A stretch of DNA of 33,824 nt. Origin: Candidatus Hermodarchaeota archaeon (GTDB lineage Archaea > Asgardarchaeota > Lokiarchaeia > Sigyniarchaeales > SOKP01). The position numbers and the translations under genes are program-made. The notes below the pieces were generated by a model. The model did not search any database, was not told the origin of the DNA, and was given only the letters and a program-made list of their open reading frames with translations. Below, piece by piece: positions 7,766-18,000 of this stretch (the stretch's first letter is position 1; each line of letters opens with the position of its first letter). Location: positions 1 to 33,824 of the forward strand of contig JBHLLO010000031.1 of the NCBI GenBank assembly GCA_048885535.1. The letters run 5' to 3'.

Positions 7766-9970
7766 ATGAAGAAGATTAACTTCCCCTTTTCAGCAATACT
7801 TGGACAAGATAAAATGAAAATGGGCCTAATATTAAATGTTATTGATCCACAGATAGGCGGAATTCTATTATCAGGCCAACAAGGCACTGGTAAATCAACT
7901 GCAGTTAGAAGTTTAGTTGAAGTAATGCCTGAAATTGAAGTTATTAAAGAATGTGTATTTTCTTGTGATCCAAAGTCAAATATTGATGATTTATGTGAAG
8001 ATTGCCGTAAAAGAAAGGAAAGTAAAAAGGTTGAAATAGAAACTCGAGAGATGAAGTTAGTTAACTTACCATTAGGTGTTACTGAAGATATGGTGTGTGG
8101 AAGTTTATCTATTGATAAAGTTTTAACTGAGGGAATTAAAAGTCTTCATCCAGGTTTACTTGCAAAAGCTAATAGGGGTATTCTTTATATAGATGAGATT
8201 AATCTTCTACAAGATCACATAGTCGATACATTATTGGATGCAGCAGCGTCTGGAGTTAATATTATAGAACGAGAGGGAATTTCTGTTATGCACCCTTCTA
8301 GATTTGTGTTAGTAGGGTCTATGAATCCGGAAGAAGGAGAACTGAGACCACAGATAGCCGATCGTCTAGGATTAGAGGTTAAAATTAAAGCTCCAAGAGC
8401 TTCTAAAATAAGAGCGGAAATTACACGCAGAGTAATCGAATTTGATGATAATCCCAAAACTTTTATTAAAAAATATGAGAAAGAAGAAGAAATATTAAGA
8501 GAAAGAATTAAAAAGGCACGGGAATTGCTAAAGGAAGTAAAAATTCCTGCCTCAGTTTTTGAATTTGTATCATTGATTGTTAATGAATTAGAAATTTTTT
8601 CTCAAAGAGCAGATATAACATTTATTCGTTGTGCCAGAGCTCATGCCGCTTTTAATGGTAGAAAAGAAGTTCTTGAAGAAGATCTAAATATTGCATTAGA
8701 TTTAGTGTTTGAACATAGAATCCAATCACTGCATTATGAAATGACTCCTAAAGAAATAAAAGCTAAAATTGCTGAAGTATACGGAAAGATACAGAAAGCT
8801 TATGAAGATCCAAAGGCTTATAAACCGAATAAAGATACAGAAGGATCATTGAAACATGATGATACACTTCATAAAGAATTTAAACGCCAATCTGTTGATC
8901 CGAGAAAGGTAAAAATACCAGAAACCAAAGAACAGAAATTACCGCCTCCTAAGTATCCTGATAATAAAAAGAGAGCTCCTACTCCTGCAGGGGGGTGGAA
9001 AGTGAAAGAAATCCCCTTTAATGAGTTAGATTTTCAATTCTTTGAAAATGATAATGAAGAGTTACCCTTAATATATAGAATGGAACAAAAAATGAGTTCG
9101 ATACTAGATAATATTCGGAAAGAACGAAAAGTTTCTAATTATGGTGGACGTGGTATAGGAAGACGCATAAAAATATCTTCTTCTCAGAAAGGAAAATATA
9201 TCTCATATAGAAATCCAATAAATAAACCTAAGAGTTTAGCTTTAGATGCGACGATTAGGAATTACTTGAAAAATACAATCTACAATCAAACAGATATTGA
9301 GTTCCCGATTAAATTTGATAAATATGATTTAATGGATAAAATATTTGAATATCGTTCACCACTAGTATTGTTTTTTGTGCTTGATAGTTCAGCCTCAATG
9401 TATTATGTAATAAAACAGATGACAGATGTAATATTATCCCTACAGAAGGAAGGTTATAGAAAACGGGATAAAATAAGTTTGGTTATATTTAGAGGTAAAG
9501 AAGCAATTGTATTAGAAAAGCCATCAGTCTATTTTAAGAAAGCTCTAAATAAATTAAAGAATATTGAAGGTAAATCTTATACTCCAATGGCTGCAGCACT
9601 AACAAAATGTATTAAATTAATAAATGCCGAGAAATTGAAGAATAGAAATATAATTCCTGTTATTTTCATTTGTTCTGACTGTGGGGCAAATATTTCAGTT
9701 AAGAAGCCTGATTTGATTGCTCAAATTCAAAGCGATTATACCATAATTATTAATGAACTAAAGGAATTAACAAAATCATTATCGAAGAAAGGTGTCCATC
9801 TTGTTGTCTTAGAACCAAAAAAAAGTTATGCAACTCAAGGTTTAGGTGTCAATACTTATGCTGCTGAAATGATTAAAAAAAATTTTAAAGAGCATGGGAA
9901 AGCTCAAATTTTTCAGTTTGACAAATATAATCCAGAAAAGTTAATTTTAGAGCTAAAAAGAATTCTGTAA
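7766..9970 (+). CDS. ChlI/ChlD-like (Mg/Co-chelatase family) AAA+ ATPase fused to a vWA domain
   Basis: FPFSAILGQ, Walker A GQQGTGKS, Walker B ILYIDEIN, GSMNPEEGELRPQIADR, Pro-rich linker (LPPPKYP), MIDAS DSSAS...TP...SD. Confidence 0.9.
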   Translation: MKKINFPFSAILGQDKMKMGLILNVIDPQIGGILLSGQQGTGKSTAVRSLVEVMPEIEVIKECVFSCDPKSNIDDLCEDCRKRKESKKVEIETREMKLVNLPLGVTEDMVCGSLSIDKVLTEGIKSLHPGLLAKANRGILYIDEINLLQDHIVDTLLDAAASGVNIIEREGISVMHPSRFVLVGSMNPEEGELRPQIADRLGLEVKIKAPRASKIRAEITRRVIEFDDNPKTFIKKYEKEEEILRERIKKARELLKEVKIPASVFEFVSLIVNELEIFSQRADITFIRCARAHAAFNGRKEVLEEDLNIALDLVFEHRIQSLHYEMTPKEIKAKIAEVYGKIQKAYEDPKAYKPNKDTEGSLKHDDTLHKEFKRQSVDPRKVKIPETKEQKLPPPKYPDNKKRAPTPAGGWKVKEIPFNELDFQFFENDNEELPLIYRMEQKMSSILDNIRKERKVSNYGGRGIGRRIKISSSQKGKYISYRNPINKPKSLALDATIRNYLKNTIYNQTDIEFPIKFDKYDLMDKIFEYRSPLVLFFVLDSSASMYYVIKQMTDVILSLQKEGYRKRDKISLVIFRGKEAIVLEKPSVYFKKALNKLKNIEGKSYTPMAAALTKCIKLINAEKLKNRNIIPVIFICSDCGANISVKKPDLIAQIQSDYTIIINELKELTKSLSKKGVHLVVLEPKKSYATQGLGVNTYAAEMIKKNFKEHGKAQIFQFDKYNPEKLILELKRIL

Positions 9971-10013
9971 CTATTACAAAATTTCTTAAAATCCAAAAAT
10001 TTTTAATAATTTA

Positions 10014-11261
10014 ATGGATAAGAAAGAGAAATCTGTCTTAATTATAGGTTTTAACACTCGTCCTCTTGCTTATTCTTTAAATAAAGCAGGTTATTTAGTA
10101 TATGTTGTAGATTTTTTTGGAGATTTAGATTTATTTCCTTATATTGAAGATGGTATAATCATAACAAAAGAATTAGGGACTTCATATAATGTAATAAAAA
10201 ATGATTACCAACAATTTCTAATACAATATTCAACTAAGCTTTTACAAAAATATCCTAAAATAAAAAATTTAATCATTGCGAGTGGACTTGATGATTACAT
10301 TGAGGAACGTAGTCAAATTTTAGAAATGATTAAGGATAAATGTTATGAAGTTAAAAACCTTAATAATAGTATTGATTCTATAAAGAGGGCTCGTGATATA
10401 ATAAAGATTTATAAAATTTTATTAACAGAGGGATACAAAGTTCCAATTACTGAAGTATTTGAAGATCCAAGTAAAATAACTTCCACAATTGTGAATCCTT
10501 TTATACTTAAAAAAAAAAAGAGTTCTGGTGGTATTAATGTATATAAGATTGAGGATAGAGATCAATTATCCTTTTTAATTAAGAAATTTCAAGTAAAAGG
10601 GTTTCTTCCTTCAGATTGGCTAGTACAAGAATACATAAGTGGAATTCCAGTCAGTTGTACTACTATTTCAAATGGAAATGAGAGTAAAGTTGTTTCGATC
10701 AACCGTCAAATTATAGGGTTAAAATTTGTCAATCCCCCCAAAGAGTTTATGTATTGTGGTAATATCGTTCCTGGGAACCTATTATCAGAGGAAAATAAGC
10801 TGATTTCTGAAATTTCAATTAAATTAGCAAATAATTTGGAATTAAAGGGTATTAATGGATTTGATTTTGTGTTAAAAAATAATTATCCTTATTTAATGGA
10901 AATTAACCCTCGAATACCTGGTTCTATTAATGTCTCAGAACATTCGTTGAATATTAATTTAATGGATTTACATATTAAGAGCTTTTATAAAAATAATTGG
11001 AGAGAGATTATGGATATAATAGATAATAGTGTTTACAAAAAATATGCTACAAAATTGATTTATTTTACCCCAAAGTATGTATCAATTGATAAAATAGAAC
11101 AAGTTAATAATCTCAAATATATTCATGATAAAACAGAACCCATTAAAAATTTATTCAAAGGAGAACCAATATGTTCTATCTTGTATATGGCAGAAAATTT
11201 CTCTAATTCCTTTTTTGGAGCATTAAAGATAGCTGATGAAATAACTAAGATTCTATCATGA
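10014..11261 (+). CDS. ATP-grasp carboxylate-amine ligase (archaeal COG2232-like)
   Basis: N-terminal IGFNTRPLAYS..GY..VDFFGDLDL, ILKKKKSSGG, VQEYISG, GINGFDF, LMEINPRIPGS. Confidence 0.85.
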   Translation: MDKKEKSVLIIGFNTRPLAYSLNKAGYLVYVVDFFGDLDLFPYIEDGIIITKELGTSYNVIKNDYQQFLIQYSTKLLQKYPKIKNLIIASGLDDYIEERSQILEMIKDKCYEVKNLNNSIDSIKRARDIIKIYKILLTEGYKVPITEVFEDPSKITSTIVNPFILKKKKSSGGINVYKIEDRDQLSFLIKKFQVKGFLPSDWLVQEYISGIPVSCTTISNGNESKVVSINRQIIGLKFVNPPKEFMYCGNIVPGNLLSEENKLISEISIKLANNLELKGINGFDFVLKNNYPYLMEINPRIPGSINVSEHSLNINLMDLHIKSFYKNNWREIMDIIDNSVYKKYATKLIYFTPKYVSIDKIEQVNNLKYIHDKTEPIKNLFKGEPICSILYMAENFSNSFFGALKIADEITKILS

Positions 11262-11268
11262 ATCTTGC

Positions 11269-12003
11269 TTATCTAATTATGGATTTAATTTTTGCAATAT
11301 AGGCTCCTAATTTTCTCTCATCAGCTTCAGGTACTGCTATAGCAAGAACCCTGGTTTCATCTAATTCATGTATTATAATAGAACCATTTTCACCTCCAAT
11401 AATGGAAAACTCCAAACTTGCTTCCAATAAAACGCTTGATAGATTATATATTGCTGATGTAATTGCTGAGAGTATTGGTTCAGGCATAGTTGATTGAATT
11501 TTAATGGGTAACCCATCTTTTGTGATAATTGCAATTACTAAAGCATTCGGAACAGCTCTTTTTATGGCAACAAATATCTCTTCCTTAATAAGATTAGAAG
11601 TTTCAATAATAGCAGATATTTGTATAGCAAATTTTTTTAACGAGTTTATGTATGAATCTAATCCTTCAAGTTCAGCTAATTCCCGATTTAAATATGACAT
11701 TAATGCAATATTTTCAGTTAAAATTGAAAGAATTATTCTTTCTTTCCCGGTAATAAGATTATAAGAAAGTTTTTGATTTAAAGAATCGAGTAATATTTTT
11801 GATGAAAGAAATACCATACTACTACTTGCAGCTGAAATTTCTGTTTTAGTTAACTTTATATCTCTTTTAAATTTACTAGCGAGATGAGTTCCTCCATGCG
11901 ATGAAATTGAGATACCAAGTATCCCATGTTTGTCATTAATTTCTTTTTCAATTAATTTTACTAGATCGATTTCCAAATTATTACTTTTAGCTTCTGAACT
12001 CAT
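11269..12003 (-). CDS. Tandem (double) Roadblock/LC7 (LAMTOR/MglB-like) domain protein
   Basis: Two ~115-aa halves: ILGISISSHGG..ISAASSSMVFLSSKIL and LVIAIITKDG..LSAITSAIYNLSSVLL..IIGGENGSIIIHEL. Confidence 0.8.
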   Translation of the reverse strand: MSSEAKSNNLEIDLVKLIEKEINDKHGILGISISSHGGTHLASKFKRDIKLTKTEISAASSSMVFLSSKILLDSLNQKLSYNLITGKERIILSILTENIALMSYLNRELAELEGLDSYINSLKKFAIQISAIIETSNLIKEEIFVAIKRAVPNALVIAIITKDGLPIKIQSTMPEPILSAITSAIYNLSSVLLEASLEFSIIGGENGSIIIHELDETRVLAIAVPEADERKLGAYIAKIKSIIR

Positions 12004-12025
12004 GAGTTTATAATAAATGTGATTG

Positions 12026-12035
12026 TATATAAAAA
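12026..12035 (-). promoter_or_regulatory. Archaeal TATA box, probable leaderless promoter of the Roadblock gene
   Basis: Minus-strand TTTTTATATA centred ~27 nt upstream of the ATG at 12003. Confidence 0.5.
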
Positions 12036-12283
12036 TATTGCTAATTATACATGTTTAATGGAGTAAAAAATCAGTAATGCGATTAAGATAAGCTATCGCT
12101 TTATTCAGAATTTAAGAAAATCTAGATTAAGGCTCCTAGCATACTATTTTTTCTTTCTCTTAAATTAATATGAATCTTTAATTAATTCTTATTACATATA
12201 TTGAATTCTATATTTAACTAAGAAATATAAAGGAGTTCTTTCTTAATTATTTATAAATCAGATAAAAAAATAGGATGTAATCT

Positions 12284-13159
12284 ATGGAAAACAACGATGA
12301 GGCAAATCAAAAACATCTTAATACAATGCAAAAAGAAATAGAAATTAAGGATCAAGTAATAAGAACTAAAGACGAAATTATCGAAAATCTGCAAAATTCA
12401 ATGAAACTTAAAGAAGATCAAATTCAAACTCTCAGAGACTCTCTAAAATTAAAATCTGAACAAGTGAGCACATTAGACAATTCAGTTAAAATCAAAGATG
12501 AAAAAATTATTGCCTTAGAGAAATCAATTGAATTAAAAGAAAATCAATTGACAAATTTAACTAAAACTACTGTTGATAAGAATATCTTGCTTGAAAAAGA
12601 TAAAATCCTTGAAGATCTTAAAAATAAAGTTGAGATTCTAAAAAATGAACTGATAACTGCAGATGAGGACTTAGAAGCAATGGAGCAAGAAAATGAGAAG
12701 TTAAGAAATCAATTAGCAGCAGCTGCAGGTGCTAAAATTATTGATTGGACTGAAATTGAAATTTCAAAATCGAATATTATGGAAAAAATGAAAGAAATAT
12801 TGATGAAAGCATTGCATAATGTCACGATAGCAATACCAAATATTAAAGATTTACAGAAATTGTTATTGTACGAAGTAAAATCATCCGTAATTATGAAAAT
12901 CTCATGTTATATTGATCCTACTCTAGAGGAAGATGCAGAACTCTTAGAAGAATTTGAAAGCCTTGATAACATTTCAATTCGTATGTATGAAGGGCAAGAT
13001 AGATATGTGTTAGATAGAGATGGGGAGGAATTATTATTTGCTGTAATCGGAAAGAACGAAAGTAATCATTTAGTAATTCATACAAAAGATCCTAAGCATT
13101 TAAAGCTCTTCAGATCGCTTGTTATGGAAGGATGGTTAAGATCTAGAAAAATTGAATAA
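12284..13159 (+). CDS. Coiled-coil protein with C-terminal alpha/beta domain (TrmB effector/PLD-like fold, tentative)
   Basis: N-terminal ~145 aa of heptads including 14-aa repeats. C-terminal ..KALHNVTIAIP..NISIRMY..YVLDRDGEELLFA..H.KLF pattern. Confidence 0.7.
   Translation: MENNDEANQKHLNTMQKEIEIKDQVIRTKDEIIENLQNSMKLKEDQIQTLRDSLKLKSEQVSTLDNSVKIKDEKIIALEKSIELKENQLTNLTKTTVDKNILLEKDKILEDLKNKVEILKNELITADEDLEAMEQENEKLRNQLAAAAGAKIIDWTEIEISKSNIMEKMKEILMKALHNVTIAIPNIKDLQKLLLYEVKSSVIMKISCYIDPTLEEDAELLEEFESLDNISIRMYEGQDRYVLDRDGEELLFAVIGKNESNHLVIHTKDPKHLKLFRSLVMEGWLRSRKIE
12368..12577 (+). repeat. Five 14-aa (42-bp) intragenic coiled-coil repeats
   Basis: KDEIIENLQNSMKL / KEDQIQTLRDSLKL / KSEQVSTLDNSVKI / KDEKIIALEKSIEL / KENQLTNLTKTTVD. 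Confidence 0.7.
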
Positions 13160-13210
13160 CTTTTGCATATATTTTTGAAGTAAAAGCTCTATCATTTAAG
13201 GTTATATTAA

Positions 13211-14062
13211 TTATAGTTCAACAAAAGTTAATTTTCTCTTTTGGAAATAAGCTAACTTATTAAAACCAATCTTTCTAATTAGTGTAATAGTATTTTTAAA
13301 TTCAAATCCTAACTCATCAGGATGATGTGCATCTGAACCAAGTAATATGGGGATGTCTAATTCATATATGTCTTTCAAAATATTCTCACTTGGATATTGT
13401 TCTTTGACAGGTTTTCTTAACCCGCTAGTATTAACCTCAATCACTAGGTCTTTTTTCTTTATAAGCTCTAAAGTTTTATTTACTTGGTTATCGATCAACT
13501 GTGAATTTTCAGGTTTTATATTGAATTTTTTAGGTAAATCAAAATGACTTATGATATCAAATTTGAAGTCTGGTGAAGTAATCATCTCTTGGAGGGTTAG
13601 ATAATAATCTAGATGTAAATCCTCTACCTTACCATATAGACCATAATCACTCAAGAATCGATTATCATCAAACGCAAAAAATCCACTTTTTCCTTGAAGA
13701 ATATGAACTGAACCTAGAATATAGTCTAATCTCTCAATATAATTATTTAGAAATTTTTTGTGAACATTGGCTTGATGCTGAATAAAATCCAATTCAAAAG
13801 CAATTTTAATCTCTATTTTCCCTTCATATATGGATTTTAATCCCTCAACTCCTGAAATATAAGACTCTATTTCATTTAATGTCATCCCATATTCTTCATA
13901 TGGTATCCTTTCAATCCCTTGTAAGAATTCATAAGGAAAGTGATCACTAAACCCAATTAAATCTAAATTTAAATCAACTGCTTTTTTAGCGTAATCATTA
14001 ATTCCTCCTACTGCATGTCTACAAAGTGAATTATGTGTATGCCAGTCTTGTAGAAGATTCAT
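13211..14062 (-). CDS. hisJ: Histidinol-phosphatase, PHP/HisJ family
   Basis: DWHTHNSLCRHA, GFSDH, LDYILGSVH, ISHFDLPKKF, IEVNTSGLRK, LGSDAHHP. Confidence 0.85.
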   Translation of the reverse strand: MNLLQDWHTHNSLCRHAVGGINDYAKKAVDLNLDLIGFSDHFPYEFLQGIERIPYEEYGMTLNEIESYISGVEGLKSIYEGKIEIKIAFELDFIQHQANVHKKFLNNYIERLDYILGSVHILQGKSGFFAFDDNRFLSDYGLYGKVEDLHLDYYLTLQEMITSPDFKFDIISHFDLPKKFNIKPENSQLIDNQVNKTLELIKKKDLVIEVNTSGLRKPVKEQYPSENILKDIYELDIPILLGSDAHHPDELGFEFKNTITLIRKIGFNKLAYFQKRKLTFVEL

Positions 14063-14124
14063 TATTTTGTACTATTAATTAAATAAGTTAAAATTTTTTA
14101 TTACTAGATAAAGGTGTAAAATAT

Positions 14125-14937
14125 TTGGAATTTAAAGAAAAGCAATACGATGGACCTTATGAAATTTCAGAAGTTGAAATTGAAAATGAGGGTCAAATAT
14201 TCAGAGGATTACTCTATTTCCCACCAGAATCATTCAAAAAACCTCATCCATTAGTTATTTATTTTCATGATTTTCCTCAACTCTTCACTTTGAAAGAAAT
14301 CGTTAGAAATTATCAATATTTATTAGAACAAGGCTTTGCTTTTCTTGTTTTCAATCTTAGGGGATATAGATATAGTGAAGGAACAATATCGATTGAATCA
14401 CAAACCTCTGATTCTTTAAAACTTATGGAATTTGTGCGAGCTATGTCAGAACATGGACATTTTGATCTTAATGATATAAACATCTTTGCCCAAGGCTTTG
14501 GAAGTTATATAGCATTAATTTTATGCTCACAAACTAAGATTATTAATAAATTATTGTTATTATGTCCTATTTTGGATTTAGAAAAACATGTTTACAGTGA
14601 AAAATTTTTAAAGTCTCTACAGTATATAAATCGTTTTCTTCCGGGGAATATTCACGGTATAGAGGATGTTAATTTATTTATTACTAATACTAAATTAGAA
14701 TTAAAAAAAAAAGAATTTAGAATTTACAACTTTATAAAATTCGTTAAATGCAATAGACTAAAAATAATTCTCGGAGAATCCGATAAGATTACTCCTTTAA
14801 GTGAAGTTAAACAAATCTTTAAAAATCTTCCTAAAATGGTAGATTTAGTGATTATCCCTAAAATGGATCATGAATGCATAGACGAAGATGATAACATTGC
14901 AATTAATGAAAAGATAAAACTTTTCTTTATTGAATAG
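14125..14937 (+). CDS. Alpha/beta-hydrolase fold protein lacking the nucleophile Ser (probable pseudoenzyme)
   Basis: PLVIYFHDFP, FNLRGYRYSEG, elbow AQGFG (vs GxSxG), GESDKITP (acid), MDH (His). TTG start after GGTG. Confidence 0.8.
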   Translation: MEFKEKQYDGPYEISEVEIENEGQIFRGLLYFPPESFKKPHPLVIYFHDFPQLFTLKEIVRNYQYLLEQGFAFLVFNLRGYRYSEGTISIESQTSDSLKLMEFVRAMSEHGHFDLNDINIFAQGFGSYIALILCSQTKIINKLLLLCPILDLEKHVYSEKFLKSLQYINRFLPGNIHGIEDVNLFITNTKLELKKKEFRIYNFIKFVKCNRLKIILGESDKITPLSEVKQIFKNLPKMVDLVIIPKMDHECIDEDDNIAINEKIKLFFIE

Positions 14938-15097
14938 AATCAATTCAAAGGATCTATATCAATTGATTATTTGAATTTATAAATAAAATATAAATTAAAT
15001 CTCAAATTAAGTTTATTTTTATGTATAAGGCAAAATTATTTAAGATTGGAAAAAAATCCTATTACTTAACCTAAGTAAGAATAATACATTTTTAAGG

Positions 15098-18000
15098 GTG
15101 CGAAAAAAGTTGAGTTCCATAAAAAAGTTGTCTAGTTTAAATTTCTCTGACTTATTAGGTGATGATCAAAAGTTAGTTTTTCTTGTAGGTGCTGGGTCTT
15201 CAATTGATTCACCGTCTTTAATGCCTAGTGCCTATGAAATTATGAAAACTCTTATTAAATTTGCATGTGTAGAATCGGAAATAGAAAAAATAAATCAGAT
15301 TGAGGAATTGAAGTTTGAAACATTGTTGGAAATTTTTTATGAAACTTTGGATAATGAACTCTTATTAGCAGATTTATATCTACAGAATAGCATACCCAAT
15401 CTTGCTCATTTCTTTCTGGTAGAAATGGCGAAACGGGGACATTTCATAATGACCGCTAATTTTGATTCACTTATAGAGCATGCTATGTTACAATCTGAAA
15501 TTCAAAAAAGAAGAATCATTCCTGTTATAACTGAGAAAGATTATGAAAAGTATAACGATCCAGAAAAGCTGTACAAGGGAGGGAAATATGCCATATATAA
15601 AATACATAGTTCTCCAAAGAATATAATTACAGGAGAGGATACAAAAACAGCTTTTCTAAACACTATAAGACTATTAGGGCAAAATTTTGAAAAAAGTAAT
15701 TTAATTCAATTAGAACCCTTTAAAGCTCAACTCCTTGAAAATATATCGAATGAACGTACATTAGTAATTTTTGGATATTCTGGGAAAAATGATTTTGATA
15801 TCATTTCAACTCTTAAAATAATGAAGAATTTAAAGAATTTAATTTGGATTAATCATACATCAACAGATACTATAACAGAAGAAATTTATAAAATCGAAAC
15901 CCAGAAAGAAGAAATAAAAAAGATAGATGAATTAGACTCATTTTTATTAGATGTCATGCAGATAAACGATACAATTAATGTTTATAGGATGGATACTAAC
16001 ACGAGTAAATTATTAGATAAATATTTAGAAAAGAAAGACCTAATATCTTCTGAAAAATTTACATTTAACTTAATGGGATGGCTTCAAGAGAATATTAAGA
16101 AACCTGATGAAATAACAAAACTATACTTTTCATTTAAAATATATTATGAAACCAAAAGATATACCGATTCTTTGAGATGCTTAGAAAGAATTTATCGTTT
16201 AGCAGATGAAGCAGGAGAAGATTTATGGAAAGCAGTAGCTTTAATGAATATGGGTATTATTAATCAAGACCAAAAAAATTATGACAAAGCACTTGAATGG
16301 TTAAAGCAATCTCTTCAGGCACAAATCAAAATGAAAAATATTGCACAAAAAGTTGCTGTTTTCAAAAATATTGGTATTGTTTATAGTAATTTAAGAAATT
16401 TTGAGGAAGCCCATAAATATTTAATGCAAGCATTAAAAGCAAATGAGAAACTCAAAAATCTTTCTACTAAGGCAGAGATACTTAATAGCATCGGTTCAAT
16501 CTTTCAAAAACAAGGAAACTATGTTGAAGCTTTAAAACAGTTTGAAATAGCATATAAAATAAATGAAAAGCTTTTAAATTTAAAACAGAAAGCCCTTAAT
16601 CTTAGAAGTATGGGTAAAGTATATTTTCTAAAAGAAAATTATGGCGAAGCATTAAGATATTACAATGAGGCTTTTCAAATTAATGATGAATTAGATAATT
16701 TAAACGATAAAGCTGAAATACTTAATATATTAGGGTATATCTACCATTTAAAAGATGATTCATTAGTAGGTTTAGAAAAGTGTAATAAAGCTCTTGAAAT
16801 ATTTAATAAATTAAAAAATATTGATGGAAGTATAAATTCACTTCGAAATATTGGCGTGATCTATAGAGATCAATGGAATTATACTAAAGCTTTAGAAAAT
16901 TTCGAAGATGCATATCAATTAGCGGAAGAAAATGAAAGAATTGAAAAGAAAGGGGAGCTATCAAATCAGATTGGTCTCATATTTCAAAAGCAGGATAAGT
17001 TCACTGAAGCTTTGGAATGGTTTGAAGATTCATTAGGAATTTTTAGAGGATTAGACAATCTCGCCGGGGAAGTGGAAGTTTTAAAGAATATTGGCTTAAT
17101 TTATAAGGATCAACGAAATTTTTCTAAATCTTTAATCAGTTTTGATAAGGCAATAAAAATCTTTGAAAAACTAAAAGACAAAAAAAGTAAAGCAGATTAC
17201 TTTAATGTTATGGGCTTAATCCATCTAGAACAACGGAACTTTCTAGAAACTTTGAGAAACTTTCAAGATGCTTTAGATGTTTACACTGAATTAAACCATC
17301 GTGAAGGGATTGCCGACACATTAAGAAACCTAGGAATCTTCTATCAAGAGCAAGCAAACTTCTCTGATTCCTTGAATAGATATAATGATGCTTTAGTTAT
17401 TTTCGAAGAATTAGGAATAGATGAGAAAAAAGCAGAGATATTAAATAAAATAGGTACTATTTATCAAGATCAAGGAGATTATGCAGAAGCTGTTAAACTA
17501 TTTAAAAAAGCTCTTGAGATTTTCGATCAATCAAGAAATTTAGAAGGTAGAATAGATACTCTACATAATATTGGTCTGAATTTCCATTATCAGGGAGACG
17601 ACACTACTGCTTTAGAAAATTTAAGTGAAGCAGTTAAAGTATGTGAACAAATAGGTAATTTACAAAAAAAATCTAATTGCCTTATCTTTGTAGGCAACAT
17701 TTATAAAGATCAATGGAATTTCTTAGAAGCTTTGAGAAGATTTGAGGAAGCATTAATAATTGTAGAACAACTAGGTAACCTCCAGAAGCAGCTTGAAATT
17801 TTCAATATTGTTGGTAAAATATATCAAACCCAAAAACATTATCCAGAAGCAATAAGAAGATTTCAAGAAGCTCTTTATGTTGCAGAGCAAATTGGAAATT
17901 TAGAAATAAAAGCTGATGTCCTAAACAGTATTGGGGATATTTATTATGATGAAGAAAGCTATACTGAAAGCTTGAAATGGTTTGAGGATGCTTTAAAAAT

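Noticed and set aside
7766-9970. Evidence for chlorophyll synthesis, or a proteasomal Rpt/Rpn10 equivalent
   Set aside because: ChlI/D-like AAA-vWA proteins are widespread in non-phototrophic archaea and no chlH/bch genes are present. The ATPase motifs are chelatase-clade, not proteasomal.
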